From Eledone cirrhosa (lineage: Eukaryota): a DNA stretch of 64,000 nucleotides. Positions 48,600 to 63,192 of this stretch are shown here, piece after piece (the stretch's first letter is position 1; each line of letters begins with the position of its first letter). The translations under genes were made by a program, and so were the position numbers. The stretch lies in contig OZ024740.1 in NCBI GenBank assembly GCA_964016885.1, positions 134,292,001 through 134,356,000 of the forward strand. The letters run 5' to 3'. The notes beneath the pieces were generated by a model. It had not been told where the DNA came from and made no database searches. It worked only from the letters and a program-made list of their open reading frames with translations.

Positions 48600-49935
48600 G
48601 AAATTTATTTATGTCTGTTTTGGAGTCGAACGTAAAGTTTTCAGAAGAGGCAATTTATTGAATGTTTCTAATATCCAGCTCAGTAACAATATCAACATTA
48701 ATAAACTCAGAAACACATGTCATCAGGCAAGGAGTGTACTAGTGGTGTAATATTTTCTTGCAGAGCCTCCAGTTTTCAACAATTGAATCTGGAGAAGTAA
48801 CAATCCAAAACAGAATAAAATTAGCCTTGTGTTGAAAAGAACTGTATTTCGCTACTTGAAGAATATGTTCAGAAATGAACAATGAGAGAGTTAACCTGAC
48901 ATTGCGTCTTAGAAAAAGGGAAATGGATTTTCTGTATCTTCAAAAACCGGACCTAAATAAAACTCACGCAGATGGTTATGTATCGTGAAGAGAAAAGTTA
49001 AAAGCGCTATCAACATAAATTTCGGAACCGATAACAGAACATGACGAATCAAAGGTAATAAGATTGACAGTGCAGCGCAGAAAACTTATGTGTTAGCTTG
49101 TGATGGCAAAAACTCTTTGAGAGCTTTCTGTCCTAAAGAGCTAAGGAAACGGAAGATATTGCTTCGGTAGCACGGCCAGCCGTAATACACGTTACAGCTC
49201 CGAAGATAACATATAAATCCACCTGGTACTCGGTCGCAGAGGAAAATGATGCTAAGGTTCCGCCTCAAAGATTGTATATGGCAGACGAAGTCATGTGTGC
49301 TTGGTCCTAGAGGTAGATGATGTACAAGTCCTTCTCATAACAATACCATCCCATCTAATGACGTAGAATGGGGTCATATGGAGCTTGGAGAGATTAGCAA
49401 ACTGGTACAACATTAAAGAAGAAAGAAATCAAACAAAAGATAAGCCCTTCAAAAGACAGGCAAAAGACTGGGAACTGTTTAAATAAGTGGTTGTCGGCAC
49501 CTTCAGTAGTGGCCTACTTACTTTACGCTTTGATTTGGATGAGACAAACCCACCCAATATTTGCATACACCGAGAGGCAGATCCGACGAAAAGTATATGA
49601 AAGAATAAAGTATTTTTTGTCCAGAATATGTGGACTCTGTCATCAATAAACACGCCGAAAAAAGCTTACGGGTGATTTCAATGAAGCCTGTTTATAATAT
49701 GTGGTGGTTAAGCATAAATATGGGGTGCTCTGCTTTCACTTAGCTAGTATGTTCAGATCGGTGTGTGAATGGATAACTTTTTCATTATGATATATCTTGT
49801 TTTATCCATTTATAATTGTCTATTATATAATAGCCTTGCTCCAAGTTTCGCTTTTTTTTTGTCGAGTCCCGTATGTTTATAACGTATTTTGTATTTTACG
49901 TGCGCGTCCTTGAGGCTAATCAATGAAGTAATCAT
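48600..49935 (+). mobile_element. Highly decayed Tx1-like LINE
   Basis: VIRQG remnant near 48720. The 3' end (gtccttgaggctaatcaatgaagtaatcattatt) resembles that of the 12.7 kb element. Confidence 0.4.
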
Positions 49936-49962
49936 TATTCTTATTATCGTCCTCATCATGGA

Positions 49963-50660
49963 CGCTGGATTATCAGTATCGATTGGGTGTCGAAAAACAT
50001 GCTTCGTGGCATAGAGTTACGGTCCTTTACGTTCTGAGTTCAAATCCCGCCGAGGCTAACTTTGCCTTTCATCCTTATGGGGTCGATAAAATAAAGCACC
50101 AGTAACGTAGTGGGTTGATTTAATCGACTTTCCCTTTCTCCCAAATTACTGGCCTTGTGCCTTGTGCCTATACTAGAAACCATTATTATCATCATTATTA
50201 TCATACGGCCCTTTACGATCTGAGTTCAAATCCCGTCGAGGTTGACTTTGCCTTTCATCCTTACGGGGTCGATAAAATAAAGTACCAGTAATGTACTGGG
50301 TAATTGCTGGCTTTGTGCCTAAAGTATAAACAATTATTATCATCATCATTGGCGGTGGTTTGGCAGTATCGGTAGAGGGTCAGACGCCATGCTTTGACGC
50401 ATAGAGTTACGGTCCTTGCCATTCTGAGTTCAAAACCCGCCGAGGTTTACTTTGCCTTTCATCCTTACGGGGTCGATAAAATAAAGTACCAGTAATGCAC
50501 TGGGTAATTGCTGGCCTTGTGCCAAAAGTAGAAACAATTATTATCATTATCATTAGTCAAGTTAGGGTGGTGACGTCATTGATAGAATGCCGAACAAAAT
50601 TCCTTGCAGGATTCAGATACGTCCTTTTGTGTTTCGTCTTCAAATCTCGTAGAGATCGTT
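49963..50660 (+). mobile_element. Tandem array of 3 SINE family 1 copies plus a decayed fourth
   Basis: Core repeated at ~50058, ~50245 and ~50448, separated by (ATT/ATC)n tails. Confidence 0.9.
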
Positions 50661-51117
50661 ATTGATGGAAATCATTATTAGTAGTAGTATTTAGACGAAA
50701 AACTTCAAAGTCAATTGTTCTGGGTTAGGAAAGTGGAATATTGGTTCAGTCTTATTACATCATATATACTGTATATTTTAATGCTACATGAAATAAAAGT
50801 AGAAGTCAGCGGGTTTTGAACTAAGAACTGTATGAATGCCATATGGCGTAAGGTTGTTCTGCTTATGTGGAAATATTTAGTATTAAGAAACATTCAATCA
50901 TATTCAGTGTAAATGAAGAAAGCATCTAAACTCCAAAATCAGTTCTACATTTCTGACCTTAGTGTATATGTATATTTTATGTTAATAGTAATCTGCGTAC
51001 CCATACCTAATTGTATATTCGTATTCACATATGTGTGTGTATTTGTCTCTGTGTATGCACACATATATATACATACATAAGGAACATATGTGTGTGGGCT
51101 TAATTTGCACACACATA

Positions 51118-51186
<69 letters not shown>

Positions 51187-51339
51187 ATAACGAAAATATA
51201 TAAACGTATATGAGCATACGAAAACATACATTTATCTGTGTGTCTGTGAGTTTGCGTATACACATATTCATATATGCGAACTTGCAAACATATGAAAGAG
51301 AGGTTGTGTTGAGGGGGAATATGTGTGTACATTAGTGAA

Positions 51340-51640
51340 CTTGTTACAGTATTTGATTTTTATACTCTGCTTGTTCCACCACGGGAAGCTATAAAATATC
51401 CAACCAAGTTTGTTTCCTATGGGAAGACAACTTTTAATTAGAAAATCCGATTTACCTTGATGTGAATCACATATAAATCCTTGGCAATCACTTGTAGAAT
51501 ATGTCAGAGCAGAGATAATGGTCGTAATTGGTCTTTTTACTGCTGTAGACAGGCACGCTCCGTTGGCAACCACCGTCAGAAAATGTTGTTGAAGATTCGG
51601 AGATGTTAGATATCCCAGGAAAGTCTAATCACATGTAATT
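51340..51640 (-). pseudogene. Possible very old LINE RT remnant
   Basis: LRPLSLL*..VIAK resembles RPISLL..YKIIAK. Little else is recognisable. Confidence 0.3.
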
Positions 51641-53454
51641 ATTACTAATGCTAACGTATATATCGAAGACACGTTGTAAACGTTAAACCAGCTTGTAGCC
51701 TAGCCAACTCCAACTGTGCTGTACATATTCTTGCTTGAATCAGACACAACTTCTGCTTCAATGAGCAAATGATTGTAATTCGTAGGAATGAAATTTATTC
51801 TATAACCAGTAAAATCTTATATGAGGGAATACACTTAGAAGCCACCGTCCCCTCTCATCCTCACATGCAGTGTAAACCATTCCTTAACGATGCATTGTAT
51901 AAATAAATACACATCGCGGGCTTATTAAAATATCGATAATACTACAAGTATTGGAATAAGCATTTAATGGTCTTTATATTCTAAAAACAATTCTTTCTGG
52001 CTTATCATTAGTAACCATGGGATACGACAATAAGTTTACAGAAACGATAAAACGTCAGACCATAGATCTTGCAATATTTCGGGTCTTCGCTATACGTTCA
52101 AATTTCAAATCTTGCTCACAGCATTTTTGCATGTCGCTTCCAGGAAGATCGATAAAACAATTACTATTGAGATTTCTGGTGTCCTCTCCTCCCGGGATAC
52201 CGTTTTCCTCCTCCAAATTGAGATGGTGGCATCATGCCTGAAGAAGTTAACAAATGTATATTATAAAAGTGCTGTTAGTGGCAGAATCAATAGATTTGCG
52301 AAATAAATGACTTGTTATATTTAGTAAATAGGCAACAAATCAGTAGTGTCGTTGGAGCATCGGATTAAATTGGTATTTGTTCTGGTTCACTATGATATAT
52401 GTTCAATTTCTGCCAAGGGGAAGTTTGCCTTTTTTTCTTTCAAGGCCGATAAATAAATTACCAATCTAGTACTGGGGTCAATTCTTCTTTTATCTTTCTT
52501 TGCCACTTTCTCTCGCCCACTCTCTTTCTCTGAAAGAAATTGGCTGTGTTAAGACGTGAGAGGGATGAGGTCCGTCATGTTTAAATACCCACGAGGAATC
52601 ATATTTCAGGACTGTACGTCTAGGACTCCATCAGGAGTTAAGGCGCCTTTCATATCTTTCCTTTTCCTTTATTTAGTTAAGTCTCTTTGTGTTCTGCATC
52701 CACATTCGGAGAAGATTGATTTTATCCTCCTTTTAGAATTGATAAGATGATTATTATAAAAGTACTGCAGTTGATATAATCAACTATATTTACCATAGTG
52801 TATGTATGTTTAGGTGAGAGAGATGTTATTTAGCATTCAATGGACAATGAGTGTTTATCGTATCGGGTTTTCCTTGTTTTGTGGGTGCAGGTGTATCTTT
52901 TTTAATTTGTTTGTATTTTGTTTTTATTTTGTACTGATTATTGATAATTGATTTTTGGCATCGGTGCATTGTCACGCATCGTAGATGTGTGTAAACGATT
53001 AAACTGTCCACAGTGCATTACCCGGTGTCTGTTTTATTGAGAGTGATGACAGTAACGTTAACCACGGCGGGTTTGGAACTAAGAATATAAATGGATGTAG
53101 TTAAATTCCATAAGGCATTATGTCTATTGATGTTAAAAAGTAATAATTTTTAATAATTAATTACTAATTTCAGAATGTACTCTTTATATCACGATATCTG
53201 GACGCCTTCCAGTTCCTCCAAGTACTTATCTGTTTCTGGACATGATGAAACAGACACATGTTGCTAGTTCCGTTGTGTTCGAGATATATATTCCAATTTT
53301 AGTTATCCTATCGGTTCTGTAAGTCACTGTGGTACATTTTAGAATGTCAGACTTCTTCATGTATATATTGAATATTTAGAGTGCGTGAAATATTTTTTCA
53401 AATCGATAGCTTGAATTTTGTTTTCCAAATAACTGCGACCGTCCATGTAAAAGT

Positions 53455-53772
53455 GCATGGCTTTGGGGTTAGAGTGCTGGGCTTGCAATCGGGAAATTGT
53501 GAGTTCCATTCTCGGACCAGGTGATGCGTTGTGTTCTTGAGCAAGACACTTTATTTTACGTTGTTCCAGTTTACTCAACTGGTGAAATGAGTTGCCACGT
53601 CACTGGTGCCAAGCTGTATCGGCCTTTGCCTTTCCCTTGGACAACATCGTGGAGGCGAGAAGGGAGACTGGTATGTTTGGGTGACTGCTTGTCTTCCACA
53701 AACGCACTTTGTCCGGACTTCTTCCTCGAAGGGGAACTTTCTAGGAGAAAATCCATGGTCATTTGTGACCGT
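53455..53772 (+). mobile_element. tRNA-derived SINE family 2 (CORE-like central segment)
   Basis: tRNA-like head, then gcgttgtgttcttgagcaagacactttatt..ccagtttactca..cactggtgccaagctgtatcggcc. Homologous reverse copies at 1-200 and ~4090-4200. Confidence 0.82.
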
Positions 53773-54304
53773 CCATATAGATCTGTTTCCTTGGTGCGAC
53801 TCCATTCATCTTGTAACCACGTTATTGATGTTGTTGTTGTTGCTGCTGGTGATAATAATTCCTTTTATTATTGTTGTTGTTGAGTATGCTTTCGGTGTTT
53901 TATTTTGGTGTAGTCACATGTCAACACTAATCATCCAGATCTCTTTTCAGTGTGTAAATTTTAACATGCTGCATTTCTTCTACTGTCCATATTAGTTTCA
54001 GCAGACCTATAATGTTAGAGAATTCAGTCGTAATTATTCTGTTGTGGGTGGGGCAGTTTCTAAAACTACATTATTTAATCCTTTTTAACTTAAGACGGTA
54101 GGGTGTGATTTGAGAGGGATTTGAATGCTATTTCTAGTAAATCAAACGACTTAATTCGTTGGACTATATATGGCTGTTGCTTCTTACAGGACGGGCAACT
54201 ATGTAGGCACAAATCAGTTCACTTGAAAATTCAATACGTCAAAATTGCAATTCTGACAATATATGTTATTTCAAACTCGTCAAGTGAATTGTGACCATTA
54301 TTAA

Positions 54305-54755
54305 ATGGATTGGCGGAATCGGTAGAGCGTCGGACACCATGCTTCGCGGCATAGTTATATCTCTTTACGTTCTGAGTTCAAATCCCGCCGAGGATTGCTT
54401 TGTCTTTCATCCTTACGGGGTCGATAAAATAAAGCACGAGCAATGCAATGGGGTCTATTTAATCGACTTTCCCCTCTCTAAAAATTTGCTGGCCTTGTGC
54501 CTATAATAGAAATTATTAGTCAGATTTAAGACTGTGGATTGGCAGAATCGGTAGAGCGTCGGACAACATGCTTCACAGCATAGAGTTGTGGCCCCTTACG
54601 TTCTGAGTTCAAAACCCGCCGAGGTTAGATTTGCCGTTCATCCTCCTGCGGTCGATAAAAATAAAGTACCAGTAATGCACTGGTGTCCATTTAATCGACT
54701 TTCACTTTCCCAAAAAAATTATTGGCCTTGTGCCTAACTTAGAAACCATTATTAG
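54305..54755 (+). mobile_element. Two tandem SINE family 1 copies (long subfamily)
   Basis: Heads tggattggc.gaatcggtagagcgtcggac at ~54306 and ~54535. Confidence 0.88.
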
Positions 54756-56142
54756 TCAAGTGTGATCAGCAAGTTCCGAGAACTATTCAAGTATTTGTAA
54801 AAGCAGTAGAGGATACGTCTGAGAGTCAAGGTTTTCTGCTAGCATGTGTAGTGTGCATATTGATATTATAAGCAAATATATATGCATGTAGATATGATAC
54901 GTCAAATAAAATCGTAATTGACAATATACACAGAAGACTGTAAAGTAATCCATGATACATTAAAAAAAGACGATATTGTATATAAACTCCATTAGGAGAA
55001 AATTAGTAACGGAAATATATGAATGTTTATTTAAGCAATCGGTAACCGGAAGTGTTGACATTTGAAAATTTTAAAGAAGTGAATCTTAAAATAAGCAACA
55101 AAATTATTTACATTTAATCAAGAATAACGAAATTTAGTAGATAAATTATGTAATATTCATTCATTATTTATTCAAAGTAATCCAACTTATTTTACAAACG
55201 AGATAAAAAATATATATTCTGGACGCAGTCCCGCACTCCTTACTTTATTGTAGTTTAGATTTAATATACTGCTATAGATTCTCTGCTATAAAAAGTGGCC
55301 TTGTACATAAAATATATCCACATATCGTAGATCGCTCCAAGTGTATTTCTTCTCGGCTTCCGTTTTTTGTTTCGTTCTCTCACAGAACCATATATTTCTA
55401 CAAATTCTTTTACACATCAACTATTACACCTATCACCACTTCACATAGTCTATTCGTTTGTTTGTGTGTGTGTAGTTGTTTTTTTTACGTAGATTCAATA
55501 ATTCAAAAGTATGTTGAGAGATTCATGTCTTCAATTCTTGCTTTACGTTCTTCCACCTTACTTACGATTCTAATTGCTTTAGGAAACGCATGGGAAGCTG
55601 CAATATCTCCTTTCCACTCCTGTTTGAATTCAATAGTGTATGTTGCCTATTGCTGAAATATGTTGATTACAAAGAATACTTCTACTATTAATCATTTCAA
55701 ATCACTGAGCTTTTGTTTAATGATTAAGTGAATCAGAGGTTTTCAAGGAAGGAGTGTCCAGAACTAAAACTTAACGTCAATTATATAGTAACCCTACCAC
55801 TTACCAAAGTGAAGTCGAGTTAACGAACAAGTATCTATACAAACAACCTACTCTGCCATTTTGAAAAGATTAGATGGTCAAGCCGGGGACGCCTTTGATC
55901 ATAGATCTGCACTGGTTATGGGGTAAATAACAATAATAGTGAGAGGTCCATTCAGTGTTTCGAATTGAAAGTTTATCGTTTTAATCTGCCATGCTCCTAT
56001 AACTTCTAATGAAGTCGTAGGAGTACCATCGTGACATTTTGAACTTGGTGGAGGCCATCTCTCAGCTGTTTTGACTACAGTCGATTTGTTGTTGTTATGT
56101 GTGCTTGTGTCAGTATGTATGTATGTGTGCGTGCGAAAGATT

Positions 56143-56240
56143 CGGGACCCGACGGCTAAGTTCTTGTCGTTTCAAAAACTAGTTCCAGACTAATTGCCAA
56201 AGGGTTTGACAGTTTTCTGGCTTTATCCTCAGAGATGGGG
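56143..56240 (-). ncRNA. Degenerate full-length hammerhead related to the TA-flanked fold-back family
   Basis: Minus strand CTGAGGA..aactgtcaaa-ccc-tttggcaatt..agtctggaactagttttt-GAAACGACAAGAACTTAGCCGTC-gggtccc aligns with agtccagaattagccgtc-GAAACGGCTTGAGCTCAGCCGTC-ggggtcc of the young copies. Confidence 0.55.
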
Positions 56241-58579
56241 TTTGTCCAAATAAGGGCATACATTATTTATGCAATTGTAAATCCTCTTTATGTAAGAGTT
56301 AATTGATATATTTGAAGGATTTACACCAGTCCAGCCTCCTGTTATTTTATAATAATTAACTCCGTACTCGCACCACCAACTACACAAACGAAGACGGGTT
56401 GAGTGCTCTCCCTAATATTACATCGAGGTTGACCATACGGAATGACCAGTTCTATCCAGTGGTGAACCAACAGACCTAAATAAATAAATATATATATATG
56501 TGTGTGTGTGTGTTTAGGGAGTGTTTGTGTGTGCGAGTCTATCTGCCTGTTCAACTTGAGATAGAATAATCGTGAAGGGTGGGGGGAATTATATTTATCG
56601 AAAAATTTATATTAGTGTGTGTGTGTGTGTGCGTGTGCGTGTGTGTTTAGCGAATTGCAAAGTTCAGCGAATGACTAATTAAATATATCTGTCAACAAAG
56701 TGACGACTTATTTGTTAGTTATCTAAAACAAAACAAGGAACAGCCAGCCGGTTCACCAACGACACAATCACTTGATAAGACAACGATAGATGTTCTTGTG
56801 ACAAGGTTGCAAAGTTGAGGATATTGAATATTATTTAAATAAGCTTGTCCTGAACTGTCTTAATAATCCGTATTTAAAAACGAAACTTTGCACAGATATA
56901 TTTTTAAAAGATAACGTTGTAATATATATGTGGCTGTGTGTGTTTGTGTGTATTTATATATATATATATACGTTTAAATTTGGTGGTTCACCACTGGGTA
57001 GAATTGGTCATTCTGCAATGTTAACCTTGATGTAATAGGAGGAAAGTTCTCAACGTTACGCAACTCATCCATCTTTTAAGGGGAGGTATAAAGTGTTGGT
57101 GTATTAATATAAATCTTTGATAGTCATAATCAGTGTGTTAGTAATGCGATGAAAAAAGTGTGGTATGTACTAACAGGGATAATGGTCCTAGGGCCTATCA
57201 ACCCTTCCGAGTCTAATCTCATAGTGAAATGGGGAATTTTTTATTATTTCCAAGCACACCAGGAAGCGTCGATATGGCCACGCTTCCCACCTGTAAACAG
57301 TTGAGTCCGTACAGTTGGCTGGTGAAGTACCGTATGCTAGGCAATCACCAATTACATATACCAGTCATGTTAATGATTCTAATGATAGAGTTGTGTAAAG
57401 CTGAGACCTAATAAACAAATAACAAACAACATGTTAGTTAAGCTAAACTAAGTCACTATCCGTCTTGGGTTCTTCTCATAGTTCAATGTTATATTCCTAT
57501 GAAGTGTGAAATAGTCCCTCACTATACTATATAAAGAGTGTGGTTTGGCGGTCAACAACAACTGAAATAACGACCCCCCAATACACCCAGGGCCCAAAGG
57601 GTCACCAACCATTGCGAGTATTACGGTATACCGAAGAAAAGGGAAATTTAATTTTTTCAAAGCACTCAAGAGGGTGGACAGACTTTAATTTATATGTATG
57701 TATATAGATAGGAAGCATTTGCTTATTTTGTAACGATTGTTTCAACAACGATCAAGCTCATCACCGCTGATGAGGTGTCAATAAGGCTGGATTCTTTGGA
57801 TCATGCCTTCTTGCAATGTAGACAAACGTAGATGGGTTCAAATCCATTCTGTCGCCAAGATGAATGATGTGTCCTTTATACATCCGTTCAACAATTTCAA
57901 AAACAAAAACAAAATTTAAATCAAAGAAAAAGTAGAAAAATGAAACTGATATCCAACAAGCGCGAAGAGTATGTGCGCACGTGTGTGTGCGTGCGCTGGT
58001 GGGTGTTTCTGTGTATGTGTGTGTGTAATTTTAAACGAGGGAGTGATTATAAACTGGTTGACGTAATAAAACAAAACCAACGTCTTAACGAGTTTTATTA
58101 ATCCGTTGGTTACCGTAGTAACTAGTAATGCTCATTATGCATGCGTTGAAACATTGCTGATAGCTTTATTCTTCCTAATTTGTCATCATAAATTTGTTCT
58201 AGTTTCTTCAAAAACGACTTCTGAAGAAAAGCATTATAGCAGTCAGTCTAAATAATATCTTATGTAAACGTAGATTGCAAAATTCCTACATGTTATCTGC
58301 ATTATCGATTTTCTTGGCGATATGTCTAAAACACCAACACTACTTTAGTTTATTGAAGAGAAAAGTTGGAAATTATTTGTATAATATCTTAAGAGCTGCC
58401 GCCAGTTTTGTTTATCACCTAATTATAGAAAGCTAATGGACATATTTCGAGTTGAAATAATAGCATTAGGTTTAGTGCTACTTCTCGCCAGAAATCGGGT
58501 CGTGATGTCTTTGTTCTCTAGTTTAAATTAATGTTCTCGTAGAGGTTATAATTTTGAGCTCTGTATGAATGCATAGACT

Positions 58580-58669
<90 letters not shown>

Positions 58670-58701
58670 TGTGTGTGTGTGTAAATATATATACATATAA
58701 T

Positions 58702-58799
<98 letters not shown>

Positions 58800-61700
58800 C
58801 GGGTGTAAATGATCTTGTCAAACTTAATCGATCATCACTTACAGAAAGTAGTGTATAGAGAACAAGTCAACCTGGTGAAATTACCTTTATGATAATACAA
58901 TTATATATTGATATTTGTATGTGTATCTATAGACCGAAGACTAAAAGCCAGAGTGTGTGTGTGATGAGGCTACATTTGGTTATATGGAAAGAACATGTTC
59001 ATAATTGCCAAACACGCGAAGAATATTCGAGTGAGCTTTTTATGAATGTATACATATGTATATATGTATATATGTATATATACATATAAATAAATATGAA
59101 ACATTGGCTGTGAATTCTCGTTTGCATAAAGTGCAAAAAAGCATATGAGCTATAAGCTTATTGTCTTAGTACTGAGAAAGTAAATGCCACCGATGGCGAA
59201 CAAAATCCAGAAATGCCTGCCTAACATTTTCATACGGTAACTGAGATACCTGTGACATGATCAGAATTAAAACATTCATGGCGAGAATTTTGTATATTTA
59301 CTATATATAAACATATTCTATATACCTTTTTAGACACCATGCTGTCTTAGTGCTACTTCTAATTAATCCTAGCCGGTCGCGTTCACACTATATGCAAATG
59401 AGCAACTCCAGTCGATGTTTCATACATGAAAAAAAGCATTTAAACGATAAGCTTATTTTTTTCCTCAGTTCCGGGTGAATAAATGTCACGTGCTTGACAT
59501 TCTCGTGCGGCTGCTGCGATAACTGTAAAATGAGCATAGCTTGAAATACTTACAGCGTGACTATACACATATTCTATATGCCTTCATATAGACCTCTATT
59601 ATGAACCACCCTATGTTAGTGCTACTTCTAATTAGTCTTAGCCAATCACGTTCCCACTATATAATTTTTCCTATTATGCACTGAATTGCTGACCTTTTTG
59701 TCGAATGAGAATCATAGTAATTCTACTGGATAGTCACTATTGGAACACTTAAAATTGCCCGATGTCACATTTGAAAAAAAAGGACTATCAAAGAAAATGT
59801 GTATGTATTATATTATATTTATATGAACAGAGGCAAAGATATGTTTGTATACCTGTGTGATTCTGTGGTGATAATTGTAAAGTATCTTCAAGCACCAGGC
59901 TTGAAAATATATGTACTAGAGTTGATATAATCTTTTAAAACTCTTGAAAGCGGTATTTAAGTATGACTCCTTTCTAATGAGTGAAGCCAGTAAAACAATA
60001 AAAGAACACAAGAATGTTAGGTATGTTTTATATATATATATATATATATTTAACATAAATTCAGTTTTACATTATACAGTGGTCTTCTTTCGCATTCCTT
60101 TTCATGTATTACTCCTCTAATTAAAATGTTTTCTAAATTAGTGGAATTTGTAAATTACTTTGCAGTTGTAGTTGTATGTTTTGATAGATGTTTGGGTTTT
60201 GCTCACTGTGTACATCCATCGGAAAAAAGGATTTATTCTATGCGAGTTAGTAAACATGAATACATATAAACCCACACGCACCCTCACGTGGCGGCACGCG
60301 CACACACATATACACATACAGACACAAGTACACATCGATACACATAAACATACATACACTCAGAGAGACACATATATGTGTGTGTGTGTGCGTGTGTATG
60401 TATGTGTATGTATAAATATAATTTAGTTAAACTCACATTTTCATCTGTCGAAAGCGCGCGCTTCACCGATGAAGTTATTCCTTCGGCAGCTCACCATTTC
60501 GACATATTTGTTAAAACAATGTTGTAGTTTATAACTGGTCCCTCGGACTAAGTGCTCTACCAACGATAGATATAATTCTTTTACAAAATCCACATCAACT
60601 ATTATAAATAAATATCATTTTGCCTCTAGAAACAATAATTTTTCCTAAATTCACTGCATGTGCTTCACCAACCTCTAAATCAAGTATGTATATATATATA
60701 TTTAGTCCTCAGATATTTTACTCCATTTTAAAATGACGGAACACTGTTCCTTCAGAAGTGAATGAACTCTTTGGAGAGAGGATAAATGAATTTGGGATAG
60801 AGAGAAGGGTGTGTTGATAGATAAGTTAAATTAGGTGATGTAACTTGGTAAAAGTGTAAGTAAAATTACACGTGAATTTCTCTTTGAGAAGTTAAAGGGA
60901 GTTAACTATCCGTTAAAGGCTACGCAACTCTGTTTTAATATGATATCCGATTTCATCAATCATTGTCCACACAAAACAAAAACGAATATTCAAACAGCTG
61001 AAGATCTCACCGTCACTGGAATAAGAATTATGGATACAACCGGCTCCACAAACCACTGGAAATCCACTATTTCCACACGGACTCTCTTCTGAAACCCAGA
61101 TTGCACTGCGGTAGCCTTTTTGACTCAATCCATCTTATTCTTGTCACCTTCATTCTTGACAACAGAATTATATAGTTCAATTAAGCTATCCACCTACTTA
61201 GCATTAGTTATAGACTTCTACATCCAACAGGCATTTGACATTTTATCATGTATACATTTTTACGCTCTTGATACCTTTAAACTTTTAAAGAGAAATCCAC
61301 CTACAAATTTACACCTCTACAAAATTACTCTTCTCTCTCTCTCCTTGTATATATATATATATATATATCCCAATGTGAATCGGAGGGGGACCACTGTCCA
61401 AAAAGATACTCAATACGTTAGTAGAGTTAGGTATATCCATTGTATTATAGAGATAACTTCTACAAGACTAGAAAGGTTTCACTCATACGAAGAAAGTTCT
61501 AGCCCTGTAGAAGTAATTTCTATAATAAAATGAATGAATATATATATATGTGTGTGAGAGAGAGAGAGAAAGTATCCCTTATTTCTTTTTTTTTTTACCC
61601 ATCCTTTCAAGAACGTTGAAGGAAATGTGTTCCGTTATTCCTTATTCCAAAAATGGCTTTAAAAAAACTGAAGATCTGAGGTCTTACACTAAGTGAAACA

Positions 61701-62274
61701 GATGTAGGTAATGATACCATGACTTAGAGTAATAAATCTATATATTAAAACTCTTTCCACAGACTAGTTTTGGATATAATTTACCAAATTGCTCTACATA
61801 TATATGTATGGTTGTGTTAGTGTAATTCTGTGTGAACATCTATCTGTGTGTGTGTGTGTATTTGTGTATGTAGTGTGTGTGTTTGGATGAATTTGTTTCC
61901 GTATCATTTTCAATACAATACGCAAGACGAAATCTGATACGAACTGCTTTCGATATTTCAATGATAATGTTCGAAATCATCACACTCAATATCTTCTTAC
62001 TTAAGCCAGTACAAAGTATAACTAAATTCAATAACTATAACCTGTGAGTATGTAGTGTATAAGGTTGAAGAGAATTATAGATTTATAGTATAGAGTAATA
62101 GAATAGAATCATAAATGTAACGTTATGATATACTTAATCGTCTATCAAAACACTTCAAATATCACCACTAAAAATAGTATTTATATGCCTGTATATGGAA
62201 GTATGACGGCCTGTGTGGGTATATATAGGTGTGTGCGTATATATACATGCACGCACACGCACACATATATATAT

Positions 62275-62324
<50 letters not shown>

Positions 62325-62476
62325 TATATATATATACTTATTAAAACATACGCACATATGCATATATATATATATATACATATATATTCACATATATATA
62401 TATATACACATATATGCATGTATATACACATATATATATATATCTAATGACTTGATTTTTTATTTCATTGTTTTAA

Positions 62477-62516
<40 letters not shown>

Positions 62517-62518
62517 CT

Positions 62519-62558
<40 letters not shown>

Positions 62559-62938
62559 TTTGTGTGCGTCTGTGTGTGTTTGTGTATTCATATAGATATA
62601 AGTATTGAGTATTTCTATGCATGTATACATTACTGTTATCTTTTTTGTTTGCTTTTTGTATACGTATGTAGATATACTCGGTGAGAGTGTGTGTATGTGT
62701 GTGTACGTAATTTCACATGTAAATACATTTTTTTAAATGTAAATCTAAAAGTATATGAAAAAATCCTTATTCATAGTTGGAGCTATTTTTTTTTTACTTT
62801 GTGTATGTTGGTAGATTGTCTTTTTTTGGTTTTATTTGTTTTTTGTTATTCTTTTTTTTTGTTTTTTTTTCAGTTTGCAAAACATGTTTACATGTGTCTC
62901 TTCGTTCTTTTTGTATGTATAATTATGTCTGAATATAT

Positions 62939-62972
<34 letters not shown>

Positions 62973-63100
62973 ATATGTGTTTCTGCAATGTTTTACGTGA
63001 CTGCATGTATACACAAGTTCATTGAATATATATTTTATACATTTTATACCTATTTTTTCCATTATTTTTTTATTTATTTATTCCTAAGTGTATGCATGTG

Positions 63101-63192
<92 letters not shown>

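Noticed and set aside
49963-50560. Regularly repeated sequence suggestive of a CRISPR array or tRNA cluster
   Set aside because: The units are ~190-bp SINEs with simple-repeat tails. There are no unique spacers, cas genes or complete cloverleaves.
57735-57835. CTGATGA with a downstream hairpin as a hammerhead
   Set aside because: No intact GAAA/stem III in register on the same strand. At best a badly decayed relic.
60930-61130. Possible PLE endonuclease C-terminal remnant (EDLTVTGI..)
   Set aside because: Too degenerate to support by eye.
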